A DNA stretch of 64,000 bases from Patescibacteria group bacterium (lineage in GTDB: Bacteria; Patescibacteriota; Minisyncoccia; Minisyncoccales; UBA10102). Made by a program: the position numbers and the translations under genes. Of this stretch, positions 30,888-38,844 are shown one piece after another. The stretch is from positions 368,572-432,571 of the forward strand of contig JANBVJ010000001.1 in the NCBI GenBank assembly GCA_024239055.1. Direction: 5' to 3'. Positions within the stretch are counted from its first letter, which is position 1, and each line of letters starts with the position of its first letter. Under the pieces are notes generated by a model that was not told the origin of the DNA, searched no databases, and worked only from the letters and a program-made list of their open reading frames with translations.

Positions 30888-30970
30888 ATTCTTATCTTAT
30901 CAAAAAATCGCCTTCTTGGCGACTTTGAGTCCTCAATCATATATTTTATAACTCTAAATCCAGCTTCATA
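30885..30970 (-). repeat. Copy B of the ~86-bp direct repeat
   Basis: See copy A. Copy B carries a degenerate relic (ATGAAGCTGGATTTAGAGTTATAA) of the last 8 codons of the HIT-like gene (ATGAAGCCAGACTCAAAGTCGTAA). Confidence 0.8.
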
Positions 30971-30975
30971 AAAGC

Positions 30976-31004
30976 TTTACAATAAGTCCTAAATTCTGTA
31001 TAAT
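30976..31004 (+). promoter_or_regulatory. tRNA-Leu promoter, TTTACA-17-TATAAT
   Basis: TTTACA 30976-30981, 17-nt spacer, TATAAT 30999-31004, 13 nt before the tRNA 5' end. Confidence 0.55.
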
Positions 31005-31017
31005 CTAGGTTGTTTCA

Positions 31018-31104
31018 GCCTGGGTGGCGGAACTGGCAGACGCGTAGCACTCAAAATGCTATGAGAGCAATCTCGTGTGGGTTCGACTCCCACCCCAGGC
31101 ACCA
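31018..31104 (+). tRNA. tRNA-Leu(CAA), type II with long variable arm, CCA encoded
   Basis: Acceptor GCCTGGG/CCCAGGC, anticodon stem-loop TAGCA-CTCAAAA-TGCTA, variable arm TGAGAGCAATCTCGT, T arm GTGGG-TTCGACT-CCCAC, and a 3' ACCA. Confidence 0.9.
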
Positions 31105-31129
31105 AAAAACAGGGAATATACCCTGTTTT
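31105..31129. terminator. Bidirectional intrinsic terminator between tRNA-Leu and folD
   Basis: AAAACAGGG-AATATA-CCCTGTTTT: a perfect stem flanked by an A-run and a T-run. Confidence 0.7.
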
Positions 31130-31133
31130 AGTA

Positions 31134-31955
31134 TTACTCTGAAAGTAAAAGAAGATTAGAGAACAGACAAGCCACAGTAACAGGACCTACTCCTCCTGGC
31201 ACAGGAGAAATATAGGATGCTTTTTCACTTACGCTTTCTGTATCTATATCTCCAGTAGTTACTCCGCCCTCAACTGAAATACCAGCATCAATTACTACAG
31301 CTCCCTCTTTAACCATCTCCCCTGTTATTAATCCTGCCTTTCCTACGCCAGATACAACAATATCTCCCTGCTGTATTGTTTTTGCAAGATCACTTGTTTG
31401 AGAATGAGCAACAATAACATTAGCTCCTGCTGACTCAAAGTATATTTGAGCCGGAAGTCCAACTAATCTCCCCCTTCCTACAATAACAACAGTCTTTCCC
31501 TGTACTGGAATCTCATAATGAAGCAGTATCTCAGCAATAGCTGAAATAGTAGGAGGAAGAATAGAGAGCTCCCCTTTCTGAAACTTATTAAATGCAGTTT
31601 CGGAAAGAACATCAACATCCTTTTCTTCTGGAATCTTATTAAGTACAGCTTCTGTATTAAATGCAGAAGGCAAAGGAAGCTGAACAATCATACCAGTAGT
31701 TGAAGAAGTATTACCTATCTTCTCTACTTCAGACTCTAGCTCCTGTTGTAAAATATCCTCTGGGAACTTATATAGCTTAAATGAAACACCAAGAGACAAA
31801 GCAATCTCTTTCTTTCTTTCAATATAGGTTACAGAAGCAGGATGCGTGCCTACCTGAACTACAGCTAACTCAAGGGAAGCTTCTTTAGCTTCTTTCTTCA
31901 CACGAGAGAGAATATGAGAGGCAACTTCTTTGCCGTCAAGAATACGAGCTATCAT
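31134..31955 (-). CDS. folD: Bifunctional methylene-THF dehydrogenase/methenyl-THF cyclohydrolase
   Basis: ILDGKEVA N-terminus, VVQVGTHPAS, VIVGRGRLVGLP and PVPGGVGPVT motifs. Confidence 0.9.
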   Translation of the reverse strand: MIARILDGKEVASHILSRVKKEAKEASLELAVVQVGTHPASVTYIERKKEIALSLGVSFKLYKFPEDILQQELESEVEKIGNTSSTTGMIVQLPLPSAFNTEAVLNKIPEEKDVDVLSETAFNKFQKGELSILPPTISAIAEILLHYEIPVQGKTVVIVGRGRLVGLPAQIYFESAGANVIVAHSQTSDLAKTIQQGDIVVSGVGKAGLITGEMVKEGAVVIDAGISVEGGVTTGDIDTESVSEKASYISPVPGGVGPVTVACLFSNLLLLSE

Positions 31956-33283
31956 TGTGGAAGAGGGAAGTTCTCAGCTAATTGCGTAACCTCTTTTTTA
32001 ATTGAAAGTATTGTTTCATTCTTGCTTGTAGCGTCATCAAACTCCTTTAAATACGCGGCTCTGGCTTCTTTTCCCTTGGGAAGCTGATAATCCTTAACTT
32101 CTTCAATTATTGCAGCTATCCAGCCTGCAATCTGCTCCATTTCCTTTTCCTTCATACCTCTTGTGGTAATAGCTGGAGTTCCTATTCTTACTCCGCTTGG
32201 GTAGAAAGGAGACCCAGGGTCTTTTGGTATAGTATTCTTGTTTACGGTAATGCCAGCCATATCCAAAGCTTCCTGCACAAAGATTCCGTTGCCCACTCCG
32301 TACTTGGTAAGGTCAACAAGCATCATATGGTTGTCAGTACCGCCTGAAACTAACTTCACTCCTTTATCTATTAAGGCTGCAGCTAGAGCCTTAGCATTAG
32401 CTACAATCTGCTTTCCATACTCAGAAAACTCTGGAGTCATAGTTTCACCCAAGGCTACGGCAATGGCTGCTGTCTGGTGATTATGAGGTCCCCCTTGTAC
32501 TCCTCTTGGGAAGACAGCTGCATCTATCTTATCTGCCAACTCAGGGTCTTTCTCCAATCCCCTTTCTGTAACCATAATCATAGCTCCCCTGGGACCTCGC
32601 AGAGTCTTGTGAGTTGTAGTTGTAATAATATGGGCATACGGAGCCGGACTTACATGAGCTCCAGCTATTATAAGTCCCGCAATATGAGCTATATCTGCAA
32701 CAAAGTATGCTCCAACTTCGTCTGCAATCTTAGCAAACTCTTCAAAAGGAAACTCTCTTACGTAAGCTGTAGCCCCGCACCAGATAAGTTTTGGCTTGTG
32801 CTCCTGAGCTAACGCTCTGACCTCCTCAAAGTCAATATACCCGTCTTCTTTTACATGATAGGGAACTCTTTTAAAATATCTACCTGAGATATTTATCTTC
32901 CATCCGTGAGTCAAATGCCCACCATCTGGCAAATCCAATCCCATTACCTTGTCTCCCAGCTCACATACCGCAAGATATACTGCGGTATTCGCAGGAGAGC
33001 CAGAATACACCTGCACATTTGCATGTGGGACCGAAAAAGCCTTCTTTGCCCTGTTAATAGCTAGATTCTCAATCTTATCTATTACCTGGTTACCTGCATA
33101 ATAACGCTTACCAGGATACCCTTCAGAATATTTATCTGTTAAACGAGAACCCAAAGCTTCCAATACTGATGAGGAAGTATGGTTTTCAGAGGGAATCATC
33201 TCTAATCCCCCTTTCTGCCGTGCTATCTCAGCCTCTATCAACTCATATACCTCCGGATCCGTCTGTTTTATCTTATCTAACAT
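31952..33283 (-). CDS. glyA: Serine hydroxymethyltransferase
   Basis: TTTTHKTLRGPRG PLP-lysine motif; 4-nt overlap with folD. Confidence 0.95.
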   Translation of the reverse strand: MLDKIKQTDPEVYELIEAEIARQKGGLEMIPSENHTSSSVLEALGSRLTDKYSEGYPGKRYYAGNQVIDKIENLAINRAKKAFSVPHANVQVYSGSPANTAVYLAVCELGDKVMGLDLPDGGHLTHGWKINISGRYFKRVPYHVKEDGYIDFEEVRALAQEHKPKLIWCGATAYVREFPFEEFAKIADEVGAYFVADIAHIAGLIIAGAHVSPAPYAHIITTTTHKTLRGPRGAMIMVTERGLEKDPELADKIDAAVFPRGVQGGPHNHQTAAIAVALGETMTPEFSEYGKQIVANAKALAAALIDKGVKLVSGGTDNHMMLVDLTKYGVGNGIFVQEALDMAGITVNKNTIPKDPGSPFYPSGVRIGTPAITTRGMKEKEMEQIAGWIAAIIEEVKDYQLPKGKEARAAYLKEFDDATSKNETILSIKKEVTQLAENFPLPQ

Positions 33284-33289
33284 AGTAAT

Positions 33290-34486
33290 TTATTTTATTC
33301 TCATTGTAGGACTATTCTGCAAGAACATAAAGCAGAGAACAGCTATAGCGGCAACAAAGAATATGACGCCAAGCGGAAAGCTAGGAACAACAAGAAATAG
33401 GACTCCAAGTAATGCAAAGAATATAAACTTTGCCCCTCCATTAATCACCTCTCTGTAGACGATAAACTCATCAGCCTGTTCCTTTAAGCTCCCTGCTTTT
33501 TCATAAAAGAAGGTAAAGAATGGAATACCTACCGCAGCCCTCGAGGTCTTGTAGACTGTCTGGGCCAAGAAGGCATCAAATGGCGTCTGCACAAAGTACT
33601 TCATCACCCATGCAATAGATGTCCAGATAGCCCCAATATTTAACAGCCACGAGCGATCCTTGGTATCAGAAAGCTTCCCAATATAGAGAATGAAGAGAGC
33701 TGAAATCAACAGGGAAAAAGAGGTAATCCCTCCAATCTGAGAGAAGGTAATGGCTGCCATAAACATAAAGAGAGGCCATATCGTAAGGTTTATCGCTATC
33801 TCCAAGGCTACCGAAGAAAAGGCTAAACTTGCGCGCCAGCGTTCCCTTGAGAATATCTTTCCAAAGACCTTTCTATAGGAATCTGTATACATCTCGTGGG
33901 TTTCCTTCGTATACATAAGCGGAATAGCAGAAGCCAATAGTGTTATAAGTACAGCCACAAACAATGCAGGATATCCAAGGGTTGTTATAATCCAACCCCC
34001 GATAAAAGGACTGGCTACCATAGGAAGCAAGGCCGCCACATTCACCTTCCCTACTTCTTTTCCACGATGAGAAGTAGAGGAGAACCTTACAAAGTCAATA
34101 TGGAAAGAAGGCCAGTACAAAGCCATTCCTGCAGCCCCCGCTACAACTGCCAATGGAACAAAGAAGAAAGACTGGGAAAAGAGAAAAAGGGAGATATAAA
34201 ATATAAAGTACAGAAAGTAGCTGACTAAAATGCTGCGCGTTGGCCCTATCTTTGATATAACCTTAGCCCCCATCACCACAAACAATCCGTACAACAGATA
34301 GAGAGCCGCAAAGAAAAAGAAGACAGGAGCTATGGTTTGGTTAAAGAATAAAAAGATATAGACCGCCTCAAAAACTAAGACCATTCCCATTGCCAGATTG
34401 CGAATGGCAACTGCAATAAAGAACTTATCTACGTCCCGTTTTACAAAATAGTCAAAGTAGTGAACAAATGTATTGGGGGCTATCAT
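33290..34486 (-). CDS. MFS-type transporter
   Basis: About 12 TM helices in 398 aa; call by architecture only. Confidence 0.5.
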   Translation of the reverse strand: MIAPNTFVHYFDYFVKRDVDKFFIAVAIRNLAMGMVLVFEAVYIFLFFNQTIAPVFFFFAALYLLYGLFVVMGAKVISKIGPTRSILVSYFLYFIFYISLFLFSQSFFFVPLAVVAGAAGMALYWPSFHIDFVRFSSTSHRGKEVGKVNVAALLPMVASPFIGGWIITTLGYPALFVAVLITLLASAIPLMYTKETHEMYTDSYRKVFGKIFSRERWRASLAFSSVALEIAINLTIWPLFMFMAAITFSQIGGITSFSLLISALFILYIGKLSDTKDRSWLLNIGAIWTSIAWVMKYFVQTPFDAFLAQTVYKTSRAAVGIPFFTFFYEKAGSLKEQADEFIVYREVINGGAKFIFFALLGVLFLVVPSFPLGVIFFVAAIAVLCFMFLQNSPTMRIK

Positions 34487-35076
34487 TGTATCTTCCCAGA
34501 TCCCTTCCTAATAATTGCTGCTTGATGTATAAAATCTACCACAGAAGAGGGGGGAGAGGAAGTAAGATCTCCTGCGTCATACACAACATCCGGAGTATAT
34601 TTGCGACCTGCAAACTCCGCAATAACTTTCTGCCCACTCAGTATGGGCGGGTTTCCCGAGAGGTTAGCTGAGGTTCCAATCAAAGGAATATCAATCTTCT
34701 TTAATATCTCCTGTAAAAAAGGATACCCTGGTATGCGCATACCTATCTTTTCTGTGGTTCCTGTAACATCTGGCAATACTCCTCTGCTTCTTACAATAAC
34801 CGTTACCTTGCCAGGCCAATATTTTTTCATAAATGACTCTTGAGAAGAATCTACAACTCCAAATTCCTTTGCCATCTCAATATCTCTTACAAAAATAGGG
34901 AATGCCTTTCCTGGCTCCCGTCCCTTTATAGTAAATATCCTCTCAACCGCCTCTTTATTTGTCGCATCAGCAACTAACCCATACACAGTGTCTGTGGGAC
35001 AGATAATTACCTTTCCCTGCTGTAAGGCAACAACTACTGAATCCACATTCGTTTCTTTAATCTTCCAAGTATCCAT
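34483..35076 (-). CDS. tsaC: L-threonylcarbamoyladenylate synthase (YrdC/TsaC)
   Basis: ICPTDTVYGLVADATN and ..IKGREPGKAFPIFV.. motifs. I trimmed the start to MDTWKIKE (35076); TATAAT lies 6 nt upstream. Confidence 0.85.
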   Translation of the reverse strand: MDTWKIKETNVDSVVVALQQGKVIICPTDTVYGLVADATNKEAVERIFTIKGREPGKAFPIFVRDIEMAKEFGVVDSSQESFMKKYWPGKVTVIVRSRGVLPDVTGTTEKIGMRIPGYPFLQEILKKIDIPLIGTSANLSGNPPILSGQKVIAEFAGRKYTPDVVYDAGDLTSSPPSSVVDFIHQAAIIRKGSGKIQ

Positions 35077-35101
35077 GTTCCTATTATATGTGCTTTTGGA
35101 G

Positions 35102-35358
35102 AAAAAAAAAGACCTTTTAAGGGAAGACCTTTGAGGAGGGTGATCTGTTATATCCGAGGGAAAGTCGCCGCGAGAAACTCTCCCATAACAGACCACCCTC
35201 CATCGGAAGGGATGAACCTAGACTCTGAACTTCTGCCTCGCGTTGGCACGCCGCGTGCCTGCGAGTACCAAAGTCTAAGACATCCTAGAAGAATAGCAAG
35301 AAAAGGAGGAGGAAGGGATGCTAAAACCCAAAAGCCTTTCCTGCTACTCAAAAGATCT
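35102..35358 (-). ncRNA. Candidate structured RNA of ~255 nt, class unknown, with its own promoter and 3' U9 run
   Basis: The promoter TTGACC-16-(TGg)TATAAA lies at 35392..35365. Hand-folding gives a 17-bp helix (35201-35185 with 35151-35135), a ~76-nt compound hairpin (35285-35210) and 5'/3' closing pairing. Three helices contain G-U pairs that would be A-C mismatches on the plus strand. A U9 run sits at 35110..35102. The region looks GC-richer than its flanks by eye. Confidence 0.6.
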
Positions 35359-35364
35359 ACATCC

Positions 35365-35392
35365 TTTATACCATATCACTCTACCTGGTCAA
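35365..35392 (-). promoter_or_regulatory. Promoter of the candidate ncRNA, TTGACC-16-TGgTATAAA
   Basis: The -35 is at 35392..35387 (overlapping the 3' end of the upstream CDS) and the -10 at 35370..35365, with a TGG extension. Confidence 0.55.
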
Positions 35393-36052
35393 GAAGTTCT
35401 CAGCGGCATCAAGAGACTCTGGAGTCGCAATAGGAAACCATTTTTCTGCAACAGAATAGAAAAGAGAAGAGTTTTGTAAAACTTGTTTCACATAATCTGT
35501 AAACTCATATTCCCCACGCACGGACTTTTGAATTGATACCTTGAGGATAGAGCTGGGAAGATGATAGGCTCCCGTATTCACCAATTTGCTCGTAGGATTC
35601 TCTGGTTTTTCAAGTAATTCTATAACTCTGTTCCCATTTGTTGTAATAACACCAAAGTTCTCTGGATGTTCTGACTCTGCCACCATAATGGCAGGAAAAA
35701 TCTTCAAAAGAGCTGCGATATCATCTTTATGGTACAAATCATCTCCATTTAAAAAGAGACAGGATTCATCAAGAAAAGGAGCGGCCTGAAGAGCTGCGTC
35801 ACCCGTTCCTTTTTGCGTACTCTGCCATACATATTTAATCTTAATATCGCCATATGAGTCACCAAGCTTAGACTCAATCATCTCACCCTTATACCCAACA
35901 ACAAGAATAACCTCGTTCACCAAACCTGCAAGTTGAGATAGATTATGCTCTAAAATAGATGTATCCCCTACAGATAAAAGGGATTTTGGTGTTGAATTCG
36001 TAAGGGGACGCATACGTATTCCCTTTCCTGCAGCAAAAATAACAGCCTGCAT
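35381..36052 (-). CDS. Sugar-phosphate nucleotidyltransferase (GlmU N-terminal/RmlA-like)
   Basis: MQAVIFAAGKGIRMRPLT.. signature. Confidence 0.8.
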   Translation of the reverse strand: MQAVIFAAGKGIRMRPLTNSTPKSLLSVGDTSILEHNLSQLAGLVNEVILVVGYKGEMIESKLGDSYGDIKIKYVWQSTQKGTGDAALQAAPFLDESCLFLNGDDLYHKDDIAALLKIFPAIMVAESEHPENFGVITTNGNRVIELLEKPENPTSKLVNTGAYHLPSSILKVSIQKSVRGEYEFTDYVKQVLQNSSLFYSVAEKWFPIATPESLDAAENFLTR

Positions 36053-36056
36053 ATAA

Positions 36057-37007
36057 TTATTTCAATATATTCATTATTGATTGGGCTAAAACATCTGAAT
36101 CGTGTCGAATAAATCCATTAGGTCGAAGTAAATCTTTCTCTACGATAGTTATAGATGAATCCTTAAAATCCTCTGGCGCATACACAACAAACTCTGCCTG
36201 TTCTTTTTCATATGTTTTGATACGCTCAGGCAGTGGAGTTTTTGTATTAACCAACATATATTGAATACCATCTTTCAGATATTTTTCAATGGTATTTAGA
36301 AAATCTTTTGAGGAAAAACCAGATGTCTCTCCAAATTTTGTCATAATATTGCATACATATATCTTCTTTGCCTTGGTCTTGCTACATGCCTCTGAAATAC
36401 CATCAACAAGAAAATTAGGAATAATACTTGTGAAAAGATCCCCTGGACCTATAACAATGGCGTCGGCCTCTAAAATTGCCTCAACTGCCTTGGGATTTGC
36501 TTTACATGTAGGTTCTAACCAGATTTTTTCAATTTTAAGATTTCCATCATGTGCTGGAATATCAATATTTGTCTCACCTTTTATAACTTCCCCATTCTCC
36601 AACTCCGCCATTAATCTGACATTCTCTAAAGTTGAAGGAATAACTCTTCCTTTTATATTCAATATCTTACCTGCCTCCTCAATTGCCTTTTCAAAACTTC
36701 CAAGATTTTGTGCAAGAGCAGTTAAAAGAAGATTTCCTATATTGTGCTCCTTTAAACTGCCATTGGAAAAACGAAAGGAGAAAAGATCAGCAACTGACTT
36801 TTCAGCGTTTGAGAGGGCAACTAATGCAGGGCGCACAGAGCCCGGAGGAAGCACACCAAACTCTTCCCTAAGAATTCTGCTTGAGCCTCCGTCATCTGCC
36901 ATTGATACCACGGCCGAAAGCTCCACTTCGTGCTTTTTTAATCCTGAGAGAACTGTATACGTTCCTGTTCCCCCTCCTATTACAACAATGCGTTTTTTTT
37001 CTTTCAT
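36057..37007 (-). CDS. YvcK/CofD-family protein (UPF0052, gluconeogenesis factor-like)
   Basis: VVIGGGTGTYTVLSGLK N-terminal motif and length. Confidence 0.8.
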   Translation of the reverse strand: MKEKKRIVVIGGGTGTYTVLSGLKKHEVELSAVVSMADDGGSSRILREEFGVLPPGSVRPALVALSNAEKSVADLFSFRFSNGSLKEHNIGNLLLTALAQNLGSFEKAIEEAGKILNIKGRVIPSTLENVRLMAELENGEVIKGETNIDIPAHDGNLKIEKIWLEPTCKANPKAVEAILEADAIVIGPGDLFTSIIPNFLVDGISEACSKTKAKKIYVCNIMTKFGETSGFSSKDFLNTIEKYLKDGIQYMLVNTKTPLPERIKTYEKEQAEFVVYAPEDFKDSSITIVEKDLLRPNGFIRHDSDVLAQSIMNILK

Positions 37008-37009
37008 AT

Positions 37010-38836
37010 CTATTCAACCGTTACTGATTTTGCAAGATTACGTGGCTTATCCACGTCATACCCGCGCTTAACTCCAATCTCGTATGCGAACAGCTGTAAA
37101 GGAAGTACGGAAAGAATTGGAGTAAGCATCTCTATGGTCTTTGGAATATAAATAACGTCATCAGCCAGATTTGCTATCTCTTTATCTCCCACAGAAGCTA
37201 TAGCGATAATAGAACCTCCTCGTGCTTTTATCTCCTGAATATTAGAAATCATTTTTTCATACACACTGTCACTAGGACAGATAGCTAAAGTGGGAAAGTT
37301 CTCGTCTATTAAGGCAATGGAGCCGTGTTTCATCTCCCCCGCCCCATATCCCTCAGCATGCACATAGGAAATCTCTTTTAACTTTAAGGCTCCCTCCAAG
37401 GCTATAGGATAGTTATACTTTCTGCCAATATAAAGCATATTTGAAAAGCTAGCGTATTTCTGCGCCAATTGTGCAATTACTTCTTTCTGCCCCAACACCT
37501 GCTTAACCAAATCTGGAAGACGAGCTATCTCCTCCACAATGCGTTTTCCCAACACCAGAGACATACTTCTTTGTCTTGCCAAAAAGACCGTAAGCATAGC
37601 TAGGGCAACGAGTTGGGAAGTAAAAGCCTTTGTTGAGGCAACTCCAATTTCAGGACCGGCATGATTGTAAATACCCGCCGTAATCTCACGCGCAACAGAA
37701 GATCCCACTGTATTGACAATACCAAGAGTCAGACCACCCTTTCGCTTAACTTCTCGTAACGCCGCCAATGTATCTGCAGTTTCGCCGGATTGCGAAATAA
37801 AGAGAAAGGCGGTATCTGGACTCACGATTGGCTTTCTATATCGAAACTCAGAAGCAATATCAACCTCACATGAAAGACCAGCATACTCCTCAATCATGTA
37901 TTTTCCTGTCATTGCAGAAAAGAACGCAGTTCCGCACGCAATAATGTGAATGCGCTTCATGCCCCGCAACTTCTCTTCCACTTCTTCTAATCCTCCAAGC
38001 TTTACCGCTCCTTCTTTTGGTAGAAGGCGTCCGCGAATAACATTTCGTATGCTTTCTGGCTGCTCTAAAATCTCCTTTAACATAAAGGTCTCATGTCCTC
38101 CTTTCTGTGCCTCCTCTGCACTCCATTCAAGTTCTGTAATTTCTTTTTCTTTTTTAATATTATGAAGATCGGTAACCGTAAAAGTACCTGATTCTAAAAC
38201 CGCAACCTCTCCATCATCCAAAAACACCATTTTGTTTGAATGAGAAACAATGGCAGACGGGTCAGAAGCAACAAATCCTCCAGAGTCATTTACCGATATA
38301 ACAAGAGGGGAGGATACTCGGGCAGCAACAATCTTTCCAGGATCATCCCTAGCCACCACGGCCATACCATAACTCCCCTTTACCAATAAAAGTGCCTGGC
38401 GCACGGCCTTTGGCAAGTCACCCTTAAAAAAATGCTCAATTAGGTGGGGAAGGACTTCTGTATCGGTTTCTGAGTGAAATACATGTCCCTTCTCCTCTAA
38501 CTGTCTCTTAAGAGACATAAAGTTCTCAATAATGCCATTGTGTACTACAAAGATATTATTATTACAGTCAGCGTGAGGATGCGCGTTAGCTTCTGTAACC
38601 TCTCCATGCGTTGCCCATCTTGAATGTCCTAATCCTACTGTTCCCTTAAAGTCAGACTTCTGAACTTTTTCCTCTAAAACCTCTAGTTTTCCCACTGCCC
38701 TAACAAGTTCTGGTTTTTCTTTTTCAAACACAATAATGCCACTTGAGTCATATCCTCGATAGCTTTGTTTTCTCAGACCATCTAAAATCAGAGGTGTCGC
38801 TGACTTATTCCCAATATATCCAATAATTCCACACAT
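37010..38836 (-). CDS. glmS: Glutamine--fructose-6-phosphate aminotransferase
   Basis: I trimmed the start to MCGIIGYIG (catalytic Cys2). Two SIS domains; C-terminal ..AKSVTVE. Confidence 0.95.
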   Translation of the reverse strand: MCGIIGYIGNKSATPLILDGLRKQSYRGYDSSGIIVFEKEKPELVRAVGKLEVLEEKVQKSDFKGTVGLGHSRWATHGEVTEANAHPHADCNNNIFVVHNGIIENFMSLKRQLEEKGHVFHSETDTEVLPHLIEHFFKGDLPKAVRQALLLVKGSYGMAVVARDDPGKIVAARVSSPLVISVNDSGGFVASDPSAIVSHSNKMVFLDDGEVAVLESGTFTVTDLHNIKKEKEITELEWSAEEAQKGGHETFMLKEILEQPESIRNVIRGRLLPKEGAVKLGGLEEVEEKLRGMKRIHIIACGTAFFSAMTGKYMIEEYAGLSCEVDIASEFRYRKPIVSPDTAFLFISQSGETADTLAALREVKRKGGLTLGIVNTVGSSVAREITAGIYNHAGPEIGVASTKAFTSQLVALAMLTVFLARQRSMSLVLGKRIVEEIARLPDLVKQVLGQKEVIAQLAQKYASFSNMLYIGRKYNYPIALEGALKLKEISYVHAEGYGAGEMKHGSIALIDENFPTLAICPSDSVYEKMISNIQEIKARGGSIIAIASVGDKEIANLADDVIYIPKTIEMLTPILSVLPLQLFAYEIGVKRGYDVDKPRNLAKSVTVE

Positions 38837-38844
38837 AGAAACAA

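Noticed and set aside
30395-30970. Interpreting the 86-bp hairpin repeats as integron attC sites / gene cassettes
   Set aside because: There is no intI or attI in the window. The hairpin is a simple 9-bp stem plus U-run rather than the extended imperfect attC palindrome with extrahelical bases. I kept it only as a descriptive repeat finding.
35102-35358. Identification of either structured RNA (35102-35358 or 44201-44541) as RNase P RNA, SRP RNA or 6S RNA
   Set aside because: There are tempting fragments: GAGGGAAAGTCGCC and ACAGA on the plus strand at ~35155-35193, GAUGAAGUCC and ACAGCCGAGGCUGG in the 44.3-kb RNA, and CGGAAGG at ~35204. But the P4 pairing partners, the GNRA-tetraloop/AGCA SRP core and the expected helix order are not present. 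The strand with the promoters and G-U pairs is also opposite to the best RNase P-like fragment. I left both unclassified rather than naming them.
35131-35433. ORFs 35131..35433, 35148..35351, 44173..44514 and 61264..61656 in the three RNA regions
   Set aside because: They overlap the hand-folded structured RNAs or the tmRNA, have no start signals, and give Arg/Pro/Ser-rich translations. The AGGAGGAGG...ATG on the plus strand at ~35303-35320 is the complement of the CU-rich tract of the minus-strand RNA.
36289-37071. Long antisense ORFs: 36289..37071 (260 aa), 17601..18194 (197 aa), 16899..17429 (176 aa), 43408..43917 (169 aa), 6743..7108 and others
   Set aside because: Each lies opposite a gene with strong family motifs (yvcK, ftsZ, comEC, M20, clpB). 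The translations are Ser/Pro/Phe-rich shadow frames with no recognisable domains or start signals.
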